A DNA stretch of 64,000 nucleotides from Bdellovibrionales bacterium (GTDB lineage: Bacteria; Bdellovibrionota; Bdellovibrionia; Bdellovibrionales; JAMPXM01), in assembly GCA_043739185.1 (NCBI GenBank), contig JAYUEN010000107.1, positions 64,106-128,105 on the forward strand, read 5' to 3'. Made by a program: the position numbers and the translations under genes. This document shows positions 56,619-64,000 of the stretch, piece after piece (the stretch's first letter is position 1; each line of letters opens with the position of its first letter). Below the pieces are notes generated by a model. The model searched no databases. It worked only from the letters and a program-made list of their open reading frames with translations, and had not been told where the DNA came from.

Positions 56619-56742
56619 GCTTGAAGTTTAAATGGGTCAGATGCGAGGCGGGCCGGATAAAAATTTTGCAGGCGTAGTTCCTCTACGTCGAAAAATTTTT
56701 AGGCGAGCCCAACGAAGCAGATGGCCGATTTAAACTTCAAGC
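56619..56742. repeat. Extended imperfect hairpin element, copy B (related to 4814-4922)
   Basis: A 15-bp perfect outer stem pairs GCTTGAAGTTTAAAT (56619-56633) with ATTTAAACTTCAAGC (56728-56742), and the interior pairs imperfectly. The apical hairpin pairs 56671-56677 with 56683-56689 around the loop TTCCT (56678-56682). The element abuts the atpB stop codon (56743-56745). Confidence 0.65.
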
Positions 56743-57432
56743 CTAGTGGTCGTGGGCGGTGGCCATCATCACGTATATCATCGACAAAAGCGTAAATACG
56801 AGTGATTGCACCAAACACACAAACAAACCCAAACCATAAAAAATTACCGGAATTCCTAAGGGCACGAGCTCAAGAAAAATACTCAGTACTGCGTGATCAC
56901 CAGTTAAGTTTCCGGCTAAGCGTAGGCCTAGGCTCATCGGTCGAACCATGTGAGAAATTAGCTCAATCGGAATCATAAGAAAAAACAGCCACCATACGGG
57001 CCCTACAAAATGTTTTAAATAGCCAAAGCCGTTTTCCTTAAATCCGAAAAAATTATAAATGACAAAGCTAAAAAGCCCAATTGCAAGAGAGGTATTAATA
57101 TTAGATGTGGCGGCCGTGATTCCTGGCAAAAGACCGGATAAATTATTGATCATTATATAAAAAAACATGGCGCCAAAAAGCGGAACCCATTTTTCACTAT
57201 GGTCGCCAAGTACCATTTTAACTAAGCCAAGAATCAGTTCAATAAAAGCTTCGAAAAAGCCTTTAATCGACAGACTGCCCGCGGGCTGAATTGCCGCTTC
57301 ACCAGAGCCAAGGGCAATTCTTCCGGCGATGCTCAACAAAACGATAAAGCTGGTAACCACGAGGGCAGCGACTACAAAAATATTGTGATGGTCAACGCCA
57401 GGAATCCAATTATAAAAACTAAAGTGTTTCAC
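56743..57432 (-). CDS. atpB: F0F1 ATP synthase subunit a
   Basis: 229 aa. LGLRLAGNLTGDH (with the essential Arg) plus 5-6 TM helices. Confidence 0.9.
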   Translation of the reverse strand: MKHFSFYNWIPGVDHHNIFVVAALVVTSFIVLLSIAGRIALGSGEAAIQPAGSLSIKGFFEAFIELILGLVKMVLGDHSEKWVPLFGAMFFYIMINNLSGLLPGITAATSNINTSLAIGLFSFVIYNFFGFKENGFGYLKHFVGPVWWLFFLMIPIELISHMVRPMSLGLRLAGNLTGDHAVLSIFLELVPLGIPVIFYGLGLFVCLVQSLVFTLLSMIYVMMATAHDH

Positions 57433-57459
57433 TTGATCTCACTCGCTAAAAATTTAAGC

Positions 57460-57837
57460 TCAGTCCTCTATTTTAAGACTTATCTCTTTTTGTTTTTTCG
57501 GCATCATCCAAAAAAACAAACTCACTAATACGGCTGGTAAAAAACTGCCCATGCCGACCATAAACCAACCCAAACTAATTTGTTTAAGATGGACTACTTC
57601 ATAGAGAATAAATCCTAAAAGTGGATACTTAAATACAATGACACCTACAGACAAGACAAGGTTTTTTTTCTCAAGAATCTTTTTCCAAGAAAAATACAGC
57701 GCTGCCACATTTAGGACCGCAAGGCCAGCACCTGCGAAAAACGACGGCGCTTTCGCTTCCAAATGAAGAACATAAAGCGCTACTGCACTTAATATCAATA
57801 CGATGGCAAAAGATAACGCCAAAACGCGCATTTTCAT
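57460..57837 (-). CDS. atpI: ATP synthase protein I (AtpI-like)
   Basis: 125 aa from MKMRVLAL, with 4 TM helices. It lies directly upstream of atpB, and its ATG overlaps the stop of the preceding small gene (ATGA). Confidence 0.6.
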   Translation of the reverse strand: MKMRVLALSFAIVLILSAVALYVLHLEAKAPSFFAGAGLAVLNVAALYFSWKKILEKKNLVLSVGVIVFKYPLLGFILYEVVHLKQISLGWFMVGMGSFLPAVLVSLFFWMMPKKQKEISLKIED

Positions 57838-58049
57838 TTGGTCTCCTTCGGATCGTCTTTCTCCTGTTGTTTTATGACAATCAGGAGGTGAACAACCCAA
57901 ATGATGAGGCCGGCGAGGGCTCCTCCGGCGATGGCCATTCCTTTAAGGCTAAACCGATCATCAAGATATTTGCCCAAAAATATAAACGCGAGAATGAGGC
58001 CTGGGAGCTCGAGTCCAAGACCTATATAAACGAGTGTCTTTTTATCCAT
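57834..58049 (-). CDS. atpZ: AtpZ/ATPase_gene1-family small membrane protein
   Basis: 71 aa with 2 TM helices. YIGLGLELPGLILAFIFLGKYLDDRF fits the AtpZ pattern (G-x-lG-yLD). It is first in an atpZ-atpI-atpB-atpE order. Confidence 0.6.
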   Translation of the reverse strand: MDKKTLVYIGLGLELPGLILAFIFLGKYLDDRFSLKGMAIAGGALAGLIIWVVHLLIVIKQQEKDDPKETK

Positions 58050-58085
58050 GCCTGAACGTAGATTTGAGCACCGAACGAAGGCAAG

Positions 58086-58898
58086 TTATTTTTTAAGGCC
58101 ATGTGCCCCTGGAAGCAAAGACTGGCGCTCTTTTAAGGCGCGAATGCGCTTGTCTATAAAGGCCTTGTTTGGATAGTTGGCTCGCAGTTGTTCAAGTGTC
58201 GCAATCGCTTCAATAAAATTATTCTGTTCTTCGTAACAAACCGCCAGCATCAAAGGAACCGTCTCAAGCTTACTCTTTTCGGGATACTTTGATAGAATCT
58301 CTTTTACTACTGTTACCGCCTCTTCAAGTCGCTTGGCCCCTAAGAAAATATTGGCTTTTAAAAGCATTCCTTCAAAGCTGACGTTTTCGTCATGACTTTC
58401 CTTCAAAAGAACATCAATCTCGACCAAGGCTTGAAATATATTGGCTTGATAATAGTAAGCCCTGGCTAAATTCATTCGATACAACAGCGTCTCTTTCGGT
58501 GAATGCGGAAGCTCTAAAAGACGACTGTATTCGGTAATCGACTGTTTGTAGTCGGCGAGTTGATTAAAATATAAATTGGCCATTTTTTTCTGCGCATCGA
58601 CGCGTTCATAATCAAGACTTGAGTTTACAATTATAAATTTATAGGTAGAGAGGGCTTTTTGATAGTCATGTGTATTCATTTCTGAAATCTCTGCGATTTT
58701 TTGGGCCGCGATTAAAGACAGTTCCGCTTTCGAGCCCTTTTGAATCACTTTATCAAAGTGTTCTATGGCAGATTTATAGTTTTTATTTTTGAACGCCACC
58801 TGGCCAGCTTCAAGCTCAACACTTTGTGAACTCGGTGTACACGAGCTTAAGGCAAGGCTGGCGCCGATATTCACCGCGCCAGCAAAAAGTCTTCGCAA
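58086..58898 (-). CDS. TPR-repeat lipoprotein (BamD/YfiO-like by architecture)
   Basis: An in-frame TTG at 58898, 7 nt after the gyrA stop, gives MRRLFAGAVNIGASLALSSC (lipobox LSSC) followed by TPRs. The track ORF (to 59018) would overlap gyrA by 113 nt. Confidence 0.55.
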   Translation of the reverse strand: MRRLFAGAVNIGASLALSSCTPSSQSVELEAGQVAFKNKNYKSAIEHFDKVIQKGSKAELSLIAAQKIAEISEMNTHDYQKALSTYKFIIVNSSLDYERVDAQKKMANLYFNQLADYKQSITEYSRLLELPHSPKETLLYRMNLARAYYYQANIFQALVEIDVLLKESHDENVSFEGMLLKANIFLGAKRLEEAVTVVKEILSKYPEKSKLETVPLMLAVCYEEQNNFIEAIATLEQLRANYPNKAFIDKRIRALKERQSLLPGAHGLKK

Positions 58899-58905
58899 TC
58901 TAATT

Positions 58906-61392
58906 TTAATGTGGTGTGCTTGCTTCTTCAGCGGAGTCCTCAGCAATGAGGGCCACTCCCGTGACCTTCTCTTCGTCATTGAGATTGATGAGGCGAACAC
59001 CCTGGGTGTTTCTGCCAAGCACTGAAATACCAGAACAATTCATGCGAATGATTTGTCCCTTATCTGTCGTGATCATCACTTCATCTGTTTCAATCACAGA
59101 CCTTGTGCTGACCACAATGCCGACCTTATCCGTCGTTTTTTGCGTAATAACACCTACTCCGCCACGACTTTGAGTTCGGTATTCTTCAATAGACGTTCGC
59201 TTTCCGTAACCATTTTCTGTAACCATTAAAATCGTATTCTTTGATAGCTTGTCGAATATTTCCATCCCAATCACGACGTCCTTTTCAACTAAGGTTACGC
59301 CCTTTACGCCGCGTGCGGTTCGACCCATTGGCCTTACATCTCCCTCATCAAAGCGAATCGACATACCTTGCTCGGTTGCAATAAAAATATCGCATTTGCC
59401 GTCTGAAACTTTAGCGTCAATCACTTCGTCATCAAGATCTGTTGTCAGCGCAATAATCCCTGAAGGTCTCGGATTTGAAAAGGCCTCAAGGCTGGTTTTT
59501 TTAATGATGCCTTTTTTCGTTAACATAACAACGTACTTATCGGCCGAAAAAGCATCGATTGGCAGAATCGCCTGAATTTTCTCTTTGCCTGCTAAGTTGA
59601 GCACATTCGCAATTGCTTTTCCTTTTGATGTTCGTGAGCCCAAAGGAAGCTTATGAACCTTCAACCAATAGAGCTTTCCTTTATCAGTAAATACCAATAG
59701 CTGGGTCAGAGTATCCGCTACGAAAATGCGTGATACAAAGTCTTCTTCTCTCGTCTCGCTGCCTTTTAAACCCTTGCCGCCACGTTTTTGTAAACGATAT
59801 TGATCCAAAGGAATGCGCTTGATGTAGCCGGTGTCGGTCATCATCACGACCACTTCTTCTTTTGTAATGAGGTCTTCGTCTTCAATATCATCTGAGTCGC
59901 CGGTTATTTTAGTTCGCCGTGGATTTCCAAATTTCTTCTGGATTTCAAGCAGTTCATCTTTGATAATTTGATAAACCTTTGAAACATCGCTAAGCACAGC
60001 CTTCAGCCAATCTGCGAATTTATTCAATTCAGCAAGTTCGTCGAGAATTTTTTGGCGCTCAAGTCCGGTTAATCTTTGCAAACGCATTTCTAAAATGGCC
60101 TGCGCTTGCTTTTCTGAGAAATCATACTTTTCAATCAAGCTCGCCTTGGCTGCGTTGGCTTCTTTAGAAGCCCGAATGGTTGCAACAATGGCGTCAATTT
60201 GATCGAGTGCTTTGGCTAAGCCATCTAAAATATGAATTCTCGCCTCAGTCTTTTTGAGTTCGAAAATACATCTTTTGGTAACAACGTTTTTTCGATGTTC
60301 GATGAAGGCTTCAAGCATACCTTTGAGATCAAAGGTGACCGGTTGATTGCGATGATCGAGCGCTAACATGCGAATGCCAAAGCTCACTGACATTTGCGTG
60401 AATTTCATCAGTCGATTCAAAATTACGCTCGCATTTTCGTTGCGCTTGATCGTGATGACGACGCGCATTCCCTCGCGAGAAGATTCGTCACGAATATCCG
60501 AAATGCCCTCAATTTTTTTATCTTGTACAAGTTCGGCAATACTCTCGATTAGTTTTGCCTTGTTAACTTGATAGGGGAGTTCGGTAACAATGATTTCTTC
60601 GCGATCTTTTTTTGCTACAATTTCTGCGACCGATTGTAAGGTAATAATTCCGTGGCCTTTTTTGTAAGCCGAAATAATTCCTTCACGTCCAGCAATGACA
60701 CCTGCTGTAGGAAAATCGGGGCCGGGAATAAATTTAATTAAATCATCAATTGAAAGTGTGGGATCATCAATGAGAGCCACACAAGCCTGAATGACTTCGC
60801 CCAAATTATGAGGCGGAACATTGGTCGCCATGCCGACTGCGATACCTGACGCTCCATTAACCAAAAGATTGGGAAATTTTGCTGGTAGAAGCATAGGAAT
60901 TTGCAAAGAGTCATCATAGTTTGGCCCGAAGGGTACCGTCTCTTTATCTAGGTCTTCTAAAATGGCCTCTGCGAGCTCCGTCATTCGCACTTCAGTATAA
61001 CGTTGGGCCGCCGGGCTATCACCGTCTATCGAGCCGAAATTTCCCTGACCATCAATCAAGGGATAGCGCAGAGAAAAGTCCTGTGCCATACGAACCATGG
61101 TTTCGTAGACCGCTACGTCTCCATGTGGATGGTATTTACCAATCACATCGCCAACTACGCGCGCTGATTTTTTGTATGGTTTATCGTGTGTATTGCTGAG
61201 CTCGTACATGGCGTACAAAATTCGACGATGCACTGGCTTCAGGCCGTCGCGCACATCTGGTAAGGCTCTACCTACAATCACGCTCATCGAATACTGCAAA
61301 TATGCTTCTTGCATTTCTTTGTTGATATCCACAACTGTTACGTTGTGAACACCGCCACTGCCACCATTACCATTTACGCTTGTCGTATCCAT
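58906..61392 (-). CDS. gyrA: DNA gyrase subunit A
   Basis: 828 aa with [20 protein letters not shown], the active-site region AAQRYTE and a C-terminal beta-pinwheel. Confidence 0.95.
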   Translation of the reverse strand: MDTTSVNGNGGSGGVHNVTVVDINKEMQEAYLQYSMSVIVGRALPDVRDGLKPVHRRILYAMYELSNTHDKPYKKSARVVGDVIGKYHPHGDVAVYETMVRMAQDFSLRYPLIDGQGNFGSIDGDSPAAQRYTEVRMTELAEAILEDLDKETVPFGPNYDDSLQIPMLLPAKFPNLLVNGASGIAVGMATNVPPHNLGEVIQACVALIDDPTLSIDDLIKFIPGPDFPTAGVIAGREGIISAYKKGHGIITLQSVAEIVAKKDREEIIVTELPYQVNKAKLIESIAELVQDKKIEGISDIRDESSREGMRVVITIKRNENASVILNRLMKFTQMSVSFGIRMLALDHRNQPVTFDLKGMLEAFIEHRKNVVTKRCIFELKKTEARIHILDGLAKALDQIDAIVATIRASKEANAAKASLIEKYDFSEKQAQAILEMRLQRLTGLERQKILDELAELNKFADWLKAVLSDVSKVYQIIKDELLEIQKKFGNPRRTKITGDSDDIEDEDLITKEEVVVMMTDTGYIKRIPLDQYRLQKRGGKGLKGSETREEDFVSRIFVADTLTQLLVFTDKGKLYWLKVHKLPLGSRTSKGKAIANVLNLAGKEKIQAILPIDAFSADKYVVMLTKKGIIKKTSLEAFSNPRPSGIIALTTDLDDEVIDAKVSDGKCDIFIATEQGMSIRFDEGDVRPMGRTARGVKGVTLVEKDVVIGMEIFDKLSKNTILMVTENGYGKRTSIEEYRTQSRGGVGVITQKTTDKVGIVVSTRSVIETDEVMITTDKGQIIRMNCSGISVLGRNTQGVRLINLNDEEKVTGVALIAEDSAEEASTPH

Positions 61393-61407
61393 TTTTTACC
61401 TAACTTT

Positions 61408-64000
<2,593 letters not shown>

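Overview
This 64 kb window is a compact, about 90% coding stretch of housekeeping chromosome from a Gram-negative bacterium. I call about 62 protein-coding genes and found no rRNA, tRNA, CRISPR array, IS element, integrase or prophage signature.

Recognisable content, in order:
- yejABE-type peptide ABC importer, an arginase-family hydrolase and a DksA-like factor.
- xth and fxsA.
- A cluster of an ATP-grasp-like ligase, a SelO-like protein and an esterase.
- hldD, then the Phe/Tyr catabolic genes phhA, hppD and hmgA, with ribD.
- lspA, a rhodanese, a HAD-IG 5'-nucleotidase and an MltD-like lytic transglycosylase.
- A transaldolase-family gene, then dapB-dapA-dapF-lptM-like, a TPR protein and ftsK.
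- A Fis-like regulator, dnaB, and rpsF-DUF2232-rplI.
- An FHA protein, an alpha/beta hydrolase and an S8 protease.
- sdhCAB plus a coupled DUF457 gene, then etfBA.
- Three tandem parvulin/SurA genes, then pdxA, a phosphomannomutase and uvrA.
- atpZ-atpI-atpB-atpE, a TPR lipoprotein, gyrA and gyrB.

The gene content (many secreted proteases and hydrolases, a PTP-like phytase homolog, a eukaryote-like 5'-nucleotidase, a one-cytochrome SQR) looks like a Bdellovibrio-like or delta-proteobacterial lineage. That is only an inference and needs a database search.

I see no obvious defence or mobile system. The candidates most worth follow-up are:
1. Two related 105-125 nt extended-hairpin elements with identical apical TTCCT/AGGAA loops, each abutting the stop codon of a minus-strand gene.
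2. A textbook sigma-54 promoter, with phased T-tracts and block repeats upstream, in front of the lytic transglycosylase.
3. The uncharacterised cluster of ATP-grasp-like ligase, divergent SelO-like protein and esterase.
4. A PTP-like phytase homolog whose catalytic Cys and Arg are both replaced.
5. Unusual features of the atp genes.

All functional calls come from motif recognition by eye. No searches were run.
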